This document shows, piece by piece, positions 11,285 through 23,404 of a stretch of 64,000 nt of DNA. Every line of letters begins with the position of its first letter. Position 1 is the stretch's first letter. Source of the stretch: Octopus sinensis (Eukaryota); assembly GCF_006345805.1 (NCBI RefSeq), contig NC_043007.1, positions 58,218,001 through 58,282,000 on the forward strand, read 5' to 3'. The notes beneath the pieces are model-generated. The model was not told where the DNA came from, searched no databases, and saw only the letters and a list, made by a program, of their open reading frames with translations. A program made the position numbers and the translations under genes.

Positions 11285-11800
11285 GACAATTGTCTAATCA
11301 TATTTGGTCTTTAAGAGGTAAAGGTGTCGATTATAACATACAATGGAAGATTTTGGCCAGATACTAACGGCAGCGGAAGGTGCGGTCTATGCGACATGGA
11401 AAGATGGCTTATCTGGAAAAGCAGCTTAGACCCTACTACATGTCTAAATACAAGGACAGAGCTTTTCGGATCATGCCCACATGTGACTAAGTTTCTGTTA
11501 CGTTTTTGGTCCCCTAAAGAAAACAGATAGAACACGCTTTCTATGTTATGTCCCAAGAAGAATTTATATATTTTTATATATTTTTTATATATTTTTTATG
11601 TATTTTTATATAATTTTTATGACGAAAAATGCGAGCGATGTATAAGTACGCAGGCAAGCAGAGTTATAACAGAGTAATTTCCCTTTATTTAACGGTATTT
11701 TTTCATAACGTTTTCAAATAGCCAGATAACCGAAGAGATGGTGTTGTGGATTTCCACTTCGGCATCTGAAACTCAGAGTTTTATCTTGACTACCGAGTAA
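11285..11800 (+). mobile_element. Penelope-like element 3' end (GIY-YIG C-terminus plus UTR)
   Basis: QLSNHIWSLRGKGVDYNIQWKILAR / GRCGLCDMERWLI...CLNTRTELFGSCPHVTKFLL, the CCHH-type PLE endonuclease C-terminus, followed about 200 bp later by a hammerhead motif. Confidence 0.85.
11725..11785 (+). ncRNA. Type I hammerhead motif in PLE 3' region (U4 to C mutation)
   Basis: Stem I GATAA/TTATC; core CCGAAGA; extended stem II GATG...GTGG-attt-CCAC...CATC; GAAA; palindromic stem III ACTC-A-GAGT; GUU triplet. Confidence 0.65.
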
Positions 11801-11934
11801 TGTAACATATTGTATAGATAAATTTCCTCTGTTTACATAATATTGAGGTCTCTTTCTTTCTTTTGTTATCTTACCGTTTTATCAATATATATACATGTAG
11901 ATATATATGTGTGTGTGTATACATGTATATATGT

Positions 11935-12125
11935 GTGTTGACAACCGATGTTGGTGTGTTTACGCCTCCATAACTTAGCGGTTCGGCAAAAGAGACCGAT
12001 AAATAAGTACTAGGTTTACAAAGAATAAGTCCTAGGGTCGATTTGCTCGACTAAAGGCGGTGCTCCAGCATGCCCACAGTCAAATGACTGAAACAAGTAA
12101 AAGAGTAAAAGCGTAAGAGAGTAAA
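11935..12125 (+). mobile_element. SINE family A, 3' half with (GTAAAAGA)n end
   Basis: Near-identical to 61280-61464. Confidence 0.9.
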
Positions 12126-12829
12126 TAGATTTCCTATATTGCATTGAAACAACTGTTACTACAGAATCAAAAATAATACCTTAATTCCAATCTTTGATTT
12201 AATATATAATTAACAATTAGGAACTTGAAGTGAACATTCATTGTTTTAGTGAATAACATTACAAGTATTGTGTAGACAAACCACCAATATATCACACAGA
12301 GCTGAAATCGTGTCAATAGTCATTAGTAATTGAAACAGGAAATTTGTATAATTATTATTAGAAGGGAAGTGAGATGGAAAGCTGAGAAATCATATTGACT
12401 TAACTCTTGATTCGAAAATTCTATAGCAAGGAAGAAATAAGACTGGAATGATAGACAAACATTTCCACTTAGCTATAACGAAAGACACAATCAAGCCCCG
12501 AAAGGTAAACAGTATTAGAGTCTCTAGTTAAGTTGTTGTTACAAAGCCTTGTATATTACAGATTAACACCTTTCGAGGTGAATCCAATACTTTGTGATGT
12601 GTCTAAGACATATCTCAATGCATATCTCTTAGGTTTTCGACCTGTAAACAACAACCGGGTCCCGACAATGACGTGTGACATTTAGTTAGGTTTTTTGCGG
12701 ATCCGAAGTTCGAATCCTGCTGGGGTTGTCTTTGTTTTTCATCCTCTCATGGTTGATCAATATTTAGTAATTTTCTCAATCATCTCCATTGGACTAGAAC
12801 TTTGATTTTTGATCTAATATTAAAAGACA

Positions 12830-13080
12830 TTAATATCATTGTTTATTCTTAAGGAACTTAAGGAAGGTAAAAGCTCATCGATTCTGTACCAACACGCCGA
12901 ACAGGAACACGGGGGATCAATCAACAAAATAGAAATTAAAATATTGTCCACACATAGAACAGATGCAACAATCAGACAAATTACAGAAGCTACACACATA
13001 ATAGAAGATAAACCTAGCCTGAATAGGAAACTGGAATGGAACACTAGCACACACCACAACATATGACGGTAGAAAATACC
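12830..13080 (+). mobile_element. Penelope-like GIY-YIG C-terminal remnant
   Basis: ORF 12839-13066: ILYQHAEQEH...IKILSTHRTDATIRQITEATHIIEDKPSLNRKLEW, matching the H..H / R...EA..I...P.LN pattern. Confidence 0.75.
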
Positions 13081-13230
13081 CATAAACTGGTTACAATATA
13101 AACAAAACCGAAAACATAATAAATAAAATACACAGATAAATAAACAAATAGAAATAAATAACTATATAAGTTTTTTTTATTTTATTTTATTTTATTAAAA
13201 AAATTTTTTTTGGTTAGTTTAACATATTTT

Positions 13231-13268
<38 letters not shown>

Positions 13269-13489
13269 TAGTATTGTTGTTATACATACATACATACAAG
13301 CATACGTAATGATAATAATAATAAGTGGATGTAAACACATGAGCAAAATAAGAATAAACAAAAACAAATTACACGAACGTATATAAACAGAAGATACAAA
13401 TATTACAGGCACCCCCCCCACACACACATACCCTAAATAAACATAGACGCACATAGAGATATAAGCATGTGCAAATGAAGACATACAAT

Positions 13490-13718
13490 AGAAATACAAA
13501 ATGGCTGACGGTTAGTAAAGAGAGACACAAATAAGAAAGAAGAAAACAAAGGACCACTGATGCGGTCACAGGAGTGTGACGAAAGAACTCTGGCAGAAAT
13601 AAGATTAAGATTAATGTAAAAAATAAATAACACTGAATCAAAATAACACCAAGTATATAGTGCGTATGTTTTTATTGGCTAAACTGGCAAAATGACCATT
13701 CCGAAATATAACAATATC
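13490..13718. repeat. Unclassified dispersed repeat, second copy at 23520-23740
   Basis: High identity between the two copies in this window. Confidence 0.9.
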
Positions 13719-13819
13719 ATTGTTTATTATTATTGTCATATTAACTATTAATATCATAATTATTATTTAATACCATCCGACAAAATGGGCGAAGAAGAAA
13801 TATTGGCACAATTGTATCG

Positions 13820-13975
13820 CCTTCAGTGCTCGACTGGTATTTATTTTATGGACCCCTAAATGATGAAGGGCAAAATCGACTCTACTGGAGTTTGAACTCA
13901 GAACGCAAACACGGACGAAATGTTGTCAAGCGTTTCTTCCGGCGTCTTAACGATTCTACCAGCTCGCCGCCTTAA
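13820..13975 (-). mobile_element. CORE/MIR-like tRNA SINE (family C)
   Basis: Reverse complement of GGCGGCGAGCTGGTAGAATCGTTAAG...GTTCTGAGTTCAAACT...GTCGATTTTGCCCTTCATC; homologous to 38950-39095. Confidence 0.75.
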
Positions 13976-14899
13976 GAAGTATTAATAAAATACGTGCAAG
14001 ATACATTGAATGAAAATAAATGTGTATTTATGCATGTGTGTGTGTGTGAGTGAGTGTGTGCGAATGCGCACGCGTAAGTAAATAGATACATACAAATGTA
14101 TTTTATACAGACATTCACACATGAATTTGTGAGCATGTGTGTACGTGTATTCCTGTGTGTGATTGTGTGTATGTGTGTGCGTGTGTGTGAGTGTGTGTGC
14201 ATGTGTGTGTGTTTTAGCGTTAAAATGTCATGACAGCTCCACTTCTTTAATTATATGATTGATAAATTGACCAGCTAAGGATGCTAGCACTGTCAGAATC
14301 TCCAAAAGCTTGGATGGAGTGATCTAAACCAAAGCACTGATACCCTCTCCACCACCACCACCATCCAAACAGAAATTCATCTCGTATCCTTGCTCATTAT
14401 CAACACATGCTTCTCATGCTTCTCATCCATAAATTGTCCACTGCTGAAGTCGGACAACTTTAAAAGATACAACGCTATGGTAATGAAGATTTAAAAAGCT
14501 TATCTAGCAGTCTTCCTCTTTCCCTTCCAACACTTCATCTCTCTCGCTCTGACGACTTTTTTCATCTTCGACTCTGTTGCCATTCTCTCAAACACATACA
14601 CATCCTTCCTCTCTCTTCCTCGCTTTCTCTCCCTCTCCACCTCTCTGATTCTCTCTCTCCCTCTCTCTTTCTCTCTCACTGCTTTTCATTATAATTCTGT
14701 CTCATTGCAATCCTCCTCCTTCTGAGAACTGTCATCTCCGTCAGCCGAGTGTGATGTCGCACTTGAGCTTATGGTATATCACTCTAAAGAGAACTGCACT
14801 TCATTGACATCACACTTCAGTAAACATCATCATTTGTCGCTACAGTTGCTGCCACGTACGGTGCTCATGATGCTGTTCTTGAGTGGCGGATAGAGATGA

Positions 14900-15201
14900 A
14901 GTTTATCGTGATGATTATAATGATGATGATGGTGATGGTGATGGTGATGTAGGTGATGATAAGGAACAGGATGATGCGATCATGATGATGATGACGATCA
15001 TGATGATAATGATGACGATGTAGTGGATTACTATGACAATGGATTTTTAATAATAATGAGGTGGAGGAGGAGGGGGATAACGATGACGATCAACAACATA
15101 AAGAACTACTATAACAGTAGGAATAAGTATAGTGGTGGTGGTGGTGGTGGTTGCGGCGGCAGAGGTTGTGGCGGCGGTAGCAGAAGCAGCACTAGTAGTA
15201 A

Positions 15202-15265
<64 letters not shown>
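14900..15265. repeat. (GAT)n, (GGT)n and (GTA)n microsatellite block
   Basis: Direct reading. Confidence 0.9.
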
Positions 15266-15266
<1 letters not shown>

Positions 15267-15944
15267 AAATAATTTGCTGACAATGAGACTATGAAGATTT
15301 ATTTTTCCAGAAACTAAATAAGGTGTCGTGTGGGAAATGGGGTAAAATATTCGCACTTCGAAAGAAAAGAAAACAAAATGTAAAAAGAACATTTGAAGGC
15401 GAATTTTCAAAACAACGGGTATCAGACAGAATGTTACATGTACGTCGTTGAACGTCAGAATCATAATCGAAATAAATGAAAGGCCGTAACGAGCAACAGC
15501 ACGTGCATCCTACCAGATCTCCGTCCGTTTCAAGTGCATCGTTATTGAACCGGCAGTCCTTGAGACTAATCTCTCAAAAGATGTAACAAGCAAACCTAAC
15601 AAAAACAAACAAGGCTGAAAAACATACAAATAAAAGTGAGACACTTGATATATGTCAAGGTCAAGTACAAACAAAATGACCTTTTTAATTTAAGGAGACT
15701 TGTGCACAGCACAAATTGCGCACCGATTGATTCTTAAAAGCGGTAAGTTAATGGGGCCAAAAGTGAAGGGAAGATTTTAAAACCATTGAAGAAACCTTTT
15801 TCATGCAGTTTTCGTCCATTAACATCCGGATTTAGAAATAAAGAATATTAGATTTGAAATGTGGGACACAATTATCGTTGTTCTAAATTTGAAGAACCAG
15901 TAGCATTATGCATGAGAGCGTGTGTAGACACACATGCATACACA

Positions 15945-16040
15945 GAGTTATATATATATATAATATATATATATATATACATATATACATACATACGTAT
16001 ATATGTATGTATGTGCGTATATATATATATATGTATGTAC

Positions 16041-16098
<58 letters not shown>

Positions 16099-16193
16099 TT
16101 ATGTATATGTATATATATGTATATGTATGTATATTTATATGTATGTATATGTATATATATATTTATGTATATGTATGTATATATGTATATGTG

Positions 16194-16262
<69 letters not shown>
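15945..16262. repeat. (TA)n/(TATG)n then (GATA)n microsatellites
   Basis: Direct reading. Confidence 0.95.
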
Positions 16263-16263
<1 letters not shown>

Positions 16264-16799
16264 TGCCGCCGATTTCCCGGAACCCTTCATTCTATACTTT
16301 TTCCTGTTTATAATATTCTCCGGCGCAAAAGAGGCCACATAATTACTCGATACACATCTGAGTAACTAAATAGATACTCACATCCACATTTCTAGTGTAT
16401 CATGCATGCTAAAAATTTCAATTAATTAAATATTAATTATTGTAACATGTTTATTGATACACAGCGAAACAGGATTATTAACTAATTAAATAGCTGTAAT
16501 AAATGTATATAATTAGGTATGGATTAACCCGTTTAATGAAATAAAACAGATCTTGTAAGCTAATCACAAAAGTCCCAAAATTAGACTGTGAGCTGTAGGG
16601 ATTACTGCGTTTTGTTAGGACGGAGTCTTCATTGATCTGACAAGTAGCAAGGGAGATAAACAAATAATTTGAGGGTGATATTATTTGTGCCCAGGACTTT
16701 TATTTGTAAGTTTAGATTGAGATTGAGTATTTAGTATTTCAACGCACATCATTCATGACTCACTTATTAAACATTTCATTCAGATAAAGTTTCTGGAGT

Positions 16800-17030
16800 C
16801 GCGTTAGTGGAGTCGCGGGGTGTTGCATTCATGATCGTAAGCTTGTGATTCCTATTTCTAGACCGGGAGATGCTTTGTATTCACGAGTAAAGCACTTTAT
16901 TTCCTGTTGCTCCAGTCTATTCTGATGGCAAAAATGCGTAATCCTGCGATAGACCGACCTCCCATCCAGAGTAGAATATATACGCCTTAGAAACCGGGAA
17001 ACTGGCTCTATAAAACTCGGAAGAGAGCTT
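16800..17030 (+). mobile_element. Decayed tRNA SINE family D (head D + tail 2)
   Basis: Central GTTGCTCCAGTC...GGCAAAAATG and tail CCTGCGATAGACCG.C.TCCCATCCAG...GAAACCGGGAAACTGG; homologous to 37274-37484; tail shared with 18988-19285. Confidence 0.7.
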
Positions 17031-17099
17031 CAAATTTTTTATCTATCAGATGATGGTGCTTTATATACTTAGATTGTTCCTTGCATAATGTTTTATTTC

Positions 17100-18500
17100 A
17101 TGCATCAGATATGAGACATATAAATCAAGCTAAATCAGACATTGGCAGATTAAGTAAAAGAACTCTAAATAAGAAAGACCTGCTTTGAGCTGCTGGTCAA
17201 ATTCACAATATCTATATTACTAACTGTTGCAAGAAAACCTTTTGCTAACTGGATATTTATAATAATTATCATAGGTTTTATATCACTGAAACCTCAAGAC
17301 ATAGAATATGCCAGCAATATCATAAGAATTGACATAAGACAGAAATTGTTCTCCAAACTAGAAAAACGTAACCCTATTCGACTAATGACTTGCGATAAAA
17401 ATTTCCTACACTTCTTTGGATGTAAGCATTGATGCAAGTGACTCAAACTGAAATCACTAATTTAATCAGGCGATATAAAGTCAACGACATATTGCTCATA
17501 ATTACTGGGAGCTTATATCGAGACGATGGTCTGTTACAAAAAATACTCTTACTCCTGTTGTATCAATAGTATTATGAAAGATGTGCAAGTATTTTTAAAT
17601 GCCTAAGATTTAGCATAACATTAAACACCTAAGTGAAAATTATCAATATCATATATGTAAATTTAAATCTTAGTAAGAGTCATTTTTATCCCTTTAAAGA
17701 TAAACCATAGAAACAATTTGCCATGCTAATAGACTCCCTAACCAAACTATGTCTCTCGAAATCTAATAACAAATATATCTATTTCACTTTTCAATATATC
17801 AGCTTATGTAACAATTCTCAATGATCACGGCCCATATTGAAATGAAGTCCTGAAGTGGAGCAAATTCAGTGCTAGAATTTTCCATGTCTCTTCTACAGAT
17901 AAAGCTAAAAACAATAAGAGATCAAAAACCACACAATCATTTCATCCACCACAGGTTTCTGCCCTAATAGTCGAATTTTCTATTGTCTTATAAGTAAAGC
18001 TTTCTCCTTCCAAGTATAACATTTTAATAGAGATACAATTAAGTTCTCTTATTATAGAGCACACATCCTAACGCTATAACTTCATACAAGTTTGCCAAAT
18101 CAAAACTATGTAATGTTAATAATATTTACATTGAAAGCCAAATAATTAGATGTTGGGTTCGTAATACCTCCTATCGAATAAATTCTAGATATTTAGATAA
18201 AAGTATAGTGTATAGTTGTTCTGTAGGTAATCCAACTTAGAATAAGGCGTAAATTGACCTCGCCATCAACAAATTTAAGGCTCAGTATTAAAAAAATAAA
18301 CAATTCCATTATTTCAAGAACCTAACCTTTAAGCTCACAACATTACTCTCTGATACTTATGGCACCCGAATGACAATACATAGAATACGAGTTGAAATGA
18401 TGTATCATTGTTATAGTGAAGACATGCGGAACGACAATGGATTCACTTATCTCTACAGCGAGGATCTGCCGAGTTATTTACTTCAGAAAAATCTCTTATA
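17100..18500 (+). mobile_element. Decayed Penelope-like element (RT plus GIY-YIG)
   Basis: Colinear remnants: INQAKSDIGRLSK; YRDDGL (17516-17533); KI.KCLRFSITLNT; FNRDTIKFSY; LDKSIVYSC; C-terminal W.I motif. Many stops and frameshifts. Confidence 0.8.
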
Positions 18501-18524
18501 TACGATGACTGAAAGGGTCAGAAT

Positions 18525-18664
18525 ATATTGCTCATAATTACCGGGGGCTTACATCGAAACGATGGTCTGTTAGAAAAAATACTCTAACACCTGTAGTATC
18601 AATAGTATTATGAAAGTTATGCAAGCATTTTAAAGGTCTAATATTTAGTATAAGATTAAACACC
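18525..18664 (+). repeat. Diverged direct duplicate of the PLE RT active-site segment 17489-17629
   Basis: Alignable by eye over about 140 bp; YRDDGL becomes HRNDGL. Confidence 0.85.
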
Positions 18665-18987
18665 CAGGTATCAACTCATCGGAAAATCATTTGATTTTCC
18701 AACTGGTACTATTTCCGGTATTTTAGATGTTAGCGAGAGTGGACTATACAGCATCAAATTCAATATTATCCACTCACGAAAGATTTTTTATAGTCTGCTC
18801 TCCTAGAATTTACTCATAAGTTATCAATTCCTAAAACTTATTCTATAAATAAACTTCATTAGGTTTCCTTTACTTGTTGACACCTTTGTATATTTTTCAG
18901 TTAACCTCTTCTCTACATTTTACTTATAATAAGCCAATTATTTATGAAGATTACTTTATAATATTTATATTATTATAAAACGACAAA

Positions 18988-19285
18988 CGTCGCCCTTTTC
19001 AAGCCTAGCCAGGCTCATGGGCCCGGTTTCTTGGTTTCTGTGGCGTATGTGTTCCCTCCCGGCTGGACGGGACGTCAGTTCATCGCAGCTTTACTCAATA
19101 AACAGGAAGAGAGAGTGAGAGAAAGTTGTGGCGAAACAGTACAACAGGGGTCGCCACCACGCCCTGCCGGAGCTTCGTGGCGCTTTTAGGTGTTTTCGCT
19201 CAATAAACACACGCAACGCCCGGTCTGGGAATTGAAACCGCGATCCTCCGACCGCGAGTCCGCTGCCCTAACTACTGGGCCATTG
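18988..19285 (-). mobile_element. tRNA-derived SINE (head B + tail 2)
   Basis: Head and centre match 8343-8523; 3' tail matches 16800-17030 and 37274-37484 instead. Confidence 0.88.
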
Positions 19286-19654
19286 TACATCCTTTTTTTA
19301 TTATTATATAGATCCTTTACTTTATCGATTTCCAAGTAAATTAATTCAATGAACATTGATTAACTTATTTGTTAATTTAGAATGCATGTGAAGAAAAATT
19401 CATCAGTGTTAGTTCATTATTAATATCAGGCGTTAGCATCAATTTGTCTTCTAACTGATTGTTGAGATGAGTCATCTTATTTTTAATTTCATGAGCTCAC
19501 ATACTCAGGTATACACAGCCATGAATGCAATGATTTTATTATTTGTATTATTTAATTTTATAATTCAGGGAATTTCTGGGTGAGTGTATGAGTTCATGTA
19601 ATTCGAAACAATTCGATAACAGTTTCAGTTTTTCAATAAATCAGTTGCTATGTA

Positions 19655-19852
19655 CGAGGGGCTGCTGAAAAGTTCTTAGCTTTGGGTTTAAAAAATACAG
19701 GAGGGTCAGATAATTATGATTTTATTCAACATATTCCCTTATTACAGCGGTCCTTCAGTTTTTGTAAGCCCTGTAAAAGAACCTGGAATGCTAGGCCTCC
19801 AACCAGGCCTTTCGCGACACCCTTGAGGCCAAAATTTGTCAGCACTCCCTCG
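19655..19852 (-). mobile_element. 198-bp mariner-derived MITE/deletion derivative
   Basis: TA-CGAGGGGCTGCTGAAAAGTT... / ...AATTTGTCAGCACTCCCTCG-TA TIRs; interior encodes a mariner C-terminus (..GLQKLKDRC..GEYVE*-like) on minus. Confidence 0.82.
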
Positions 19853-20041
19853 TATAAGTCTAATTAGTGGATGTGATGTATAAGAAGTATGTCTTCTATA
19901 ATAATCTTAATTGAGTGTGTCTGTGGAAGGAAGGGGCTATATATATACATCCGTAGGTATATTTATATCTATAAATATGTATGCTGTGCTTTTCGCGGAC
20001 TATTCTTTTTCTTCCCTCTGGACTTTTCCTCTTTCCTCTTT

Positions 20042-20068
20042 CTGACGAAGAGTTAGGCTCACAACGCT
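20042..20068 (+). ncRNA. Dead hammerhead remnant
   Basis: CTGACGA-A-GAGT-tag-GCTC-ACAAC: GAAAC replaced by ACAAC. Confidence 0.35.
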
Positions 20069-20188
20069 ACACATCCCCCCTTTTTCCCATCTTAAACTGA
20101 GCGCATCAGCCTGATACATTCACTATGTACATCGTTTTGATGTTTATTACTTTTGTTCTTATTTTAGATTGACTACACACACACACAC

Positions 20189-20221
<33 letters not shown>

Positions 20222-20234
20222 ATTATATATATAT

Positions 20235-20281
<47 letters not shown>

Positions 20282-20599
20282 GTATATGTATATATATATA
20301 TGTTCAATTTATAAGAAAGATCCAGGGAAATAATTACAAAGTAGCCAAATGTCACATAAGTGTCCTAGGAATCAGTGAATACACTTGTGTGAGAGTTACT
20401 TCCGGTGAGAAGCGAGACGTATTTTGGAGAACATAAGAAAAATGTCATATCATCGACATATGTTTCGATGGATGAATTCAAAATAAATCCAACAGGATGA
20501 ATAATGTAAAGTAATGCATCAATCTTATCAGGGAGGATATAAACAACAGCGCTCATCAACTAGACATTTTAACAGATATAAGAAACTCCAACATATGTG

Positions 20600-20638
<39 letters not shown>

Positions 20639-20677
20639 CATACATACATACATACATACATACATACATACATACCA

Positions 20678-20709
<32 letters not shown>

Positions 20710-20735
20710 CATGCAGGAACACCTACAAACATACA

Positions 20736-20801
<66 letters not shown>

Positions 20802-21205
20802 AAAGCGGAGAGCTATTCTTCCTTCATTTTTTCTTTCCATCTATCATCTATTCTCTGTTTGCTCGTAACTTCCTTTCCCCTTTAACTTTCGTTCTTTCGT
20901 TCCCTCTTTCTTCTTCTATACCTTTTCTTCCCTCGCTCTGTGACGTCTGTTTTCTCAAAGGCTTTTTAAAATAACTAGCGCTCCCTTCACAACTTCGCTT
21001 TCGATATATGTACATGCGTGTATGTTTGTATGTGTTCTTGTATGTATATGCATGTATATCTATATATGTGTGTGTGTGTGTGCATGTGTATATGTATGTG
21101 TGTGTATGTGTATGTATATGTGTATATATGTTTATGCATATATGTATTTGCTTATGCGTGTGTATGTGCATGTATATGTATGTTTATATGTGTATGTGTG
21201 TGTAT

Positions 21206-21520
21206 AGGCGCAGGAGTGGTTGTGTGGTAAGTAGCTTGCTTACCAACCACATGGTTCTGGGTTCAGTCCCACTGCGTGGCACCTTCTACTATAGCGTCGG
21301 GCTGACTAAAGCCTTGTGAGTGGTTTTTGTAGACGGAAACTGAAGGAAGCCCGTTGTATATGTATATATAAATGTATGTGTGCGTATATGGTTGTGCGTC
21401 TGTGTTTGTCCCCCAACATCGCTTGACAACCGATACTGGTGTGTTTACGTTCCTGTAAGTTAGCGGTTCGGCTAAAGAGACTGATAGAATAAGTACTAGG
21501 CTTACAATGAATAAGTCCTA
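21206..21520 (+). mobile_element. SINE family A, tail lost at (TA)n/RTE junction
   Basis: GGCGCAGGAGTGG..GTGTGGTAAGTAGCTTGC...GGTTCAGTCCCACTGCGTGGCACC head and body. Confidence 0.9.
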
Positions 21521-21594
21521 TTGTTATATATATATATATATATATGCATTGATGCGAATGTGTATATATATATATATATATGTGTGTGTATATA

Positions 21595-21637
<43 letters not shown>

Positions 21638-21648
21638 ATATATATATA

Positions 21649-21684
<36 letters not shown>

Positions 21685-21687
<3 letters not shown>

Positions 21688-22341
21688 GTATATTTACATT
21701 GTTCGAATGACAGATGAACAGATGCCGAAACAGCTGTTTTATGGTGAGCTTGCAGAGGGGAAACGCTATCGGCGGAAACCTAAAAAAGGTTTAAGGACGG
21801 CATAAGGACTACTATGAAGTCACTTGGAATGGTTCCAGAAGATATAGAAACCCTTGCTTCGGATCGAGTTGAATGGCGAACAAAGGTGTGGATTGGAGTA
21901 AAAGCATTTGAAGAAGCTAGGATAACGCAAGTAAGACTCAAAAGAGATCTAAGGAACAATGTAACGATAGAGAAGGTGAATGACAATGACCTTTTTGTGT
22001 GCACAGTTGTTGATAGCCTATCTTTGGTTGGCCTCAAATCTCATCTGCTAACGCATGGAAAACGAACCTCAACCAGCTATTCTGCCTATATTTCTGTGCA
22101 CACCTTTGAATGCAGTGTATGCCAGAAGGTTTGCAAATCCAACGGAGACATCAAAAGATATGCTAAGATCCACAAAGAGCAGAACTTATCTGCAGGTATT
22201 GGTGGTCCAAATCAGAGGTGCAATCTAGGTGGGTGTCTTTTCAGAATTTTGTCTGGTTTAAAAAGCCACATCAGATGCCATGATTGTGCTATGATTGTAC
22301 AGGAGGTGGTCAATCTCTGTATAAGGAGTAGACAACCACCA
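21685..22341 (+). mobile_element. 5'-truncated RTE (BovB-type) LINE 3' end with three C2H2-like fingers
   Basis: [29 protein letters not shown](R)FKD...LASDRVEWR..V..GVKAFEE is the typical RTE ORF C-terminus; one frameshift in an A-run near 21785; ends GTAGACAACCACC + (AT)n. Confidence 0.9.
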
Positions 22342-22659
22342 TATATATATACACAGGTACATCATATTTTCCGTTGTCTTTATTTAATCCTGAAGTTAGA
22401 CATGGCCTGGACCAATCTCTGGTCGAAACATATCTAAGTTTTATCTAAGTTTTATATATATACATACATACATATATTATCGAAAATTAGGGAATGGAGT
22501 AGATAAAATCTAGGCTACAAATGTTTCGTAGCTATCAGAATCTCGGAAGAAGTAAGTACCCAAGCGAGGAGTATTCCGCTAGCTACTAGTCGGGTCAAAG
22601 ATACCTTAATCAAAAGAAGTTTACATTGTCGTCAAGGGAAACAGTGTTGACTCAGAAAG

Positions 22660-23075
22660 GCGTGACTGAGTGGTAGGAAATTCACATCCGGGTTCAGTCC
22701 CACTGCTGGACATTTAAACATCTAAACTAAAATATCGGGCCGACAAATGTTTTGTCTTGTCAGTGTATGTGTGTGTGTTTGTGTGTGCGTGTGTGTGTGC
22801 GCGTGCACGTGTGCATGCTGAGCCTGTGTGTGCGTGAGTGAGTATGTCTATGTGTATTTTTACGCTTCTGCTTGTCCACTACTGCCAACATTCGGCAACC
22901 GGTGTTGGTTTGTTTTACGCCTTGTAACTTAGCGGTTCGGCAAAATGCAGGACGACCGAATAAGTACCAGGTTTTAAAAACATATAATTACTGGAATCTA
23001 TTTGTTCGACTAAACCCTTTAAGGCTGTACCACAGTATGGTTGTAATCTAATGCCTGAAAGAAGCAAAAGATAAA
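22660..23075 (+). mobile_element. SINE family A, fragmented
   Basis: Head fragment GGGTTCAGTCCCACTGC and body GTAACTTAGCGGTTCGGCAAA...CGACTAAACCC. Confidence 0.7.
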
Positions 23076-23108
23076 AGATAGAAACATATACACGTTCATA
23101 CACACACA

Positions 23109-23182
<74 letters not shown>

Positions 23183-23306
23183 TTTACTTTTACTTGTGAT
23201 ATATTATATATAATATATATATTATATATACATGTATATATGCATATATATACACACACGCACACACATACCTATATTTATAATTATCTTTTATCTTTTA
23301 CTTGTG

Positions 23307-23340
<34 letters not shown>

Positions 23341-23404
23341 CGTTTATATATTTGTTGCGCAAGATTTTTTTTGTGAAGTCGTGTGTGAAAACAGATATTG
23401 TTAT

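Noticed and set aside
14748-14816. 11-bp inverted repeat enclosing 47 nt
   Set aside because: Interior does not pair and there are no snoRNA boxes; single occurrence.
15654-15690. TCAAGGTCA and TGACCT nuclear-receptor-like sites
   Set aside because: Short motifs expected by chance; no gene context or conservation data.
18671-18710. 8-bp hairpin GGAAAATC/GATTTTCC after the PLE
   Set aside because: Both halves of the hammerhead core would need several changes; too degenerate to call.
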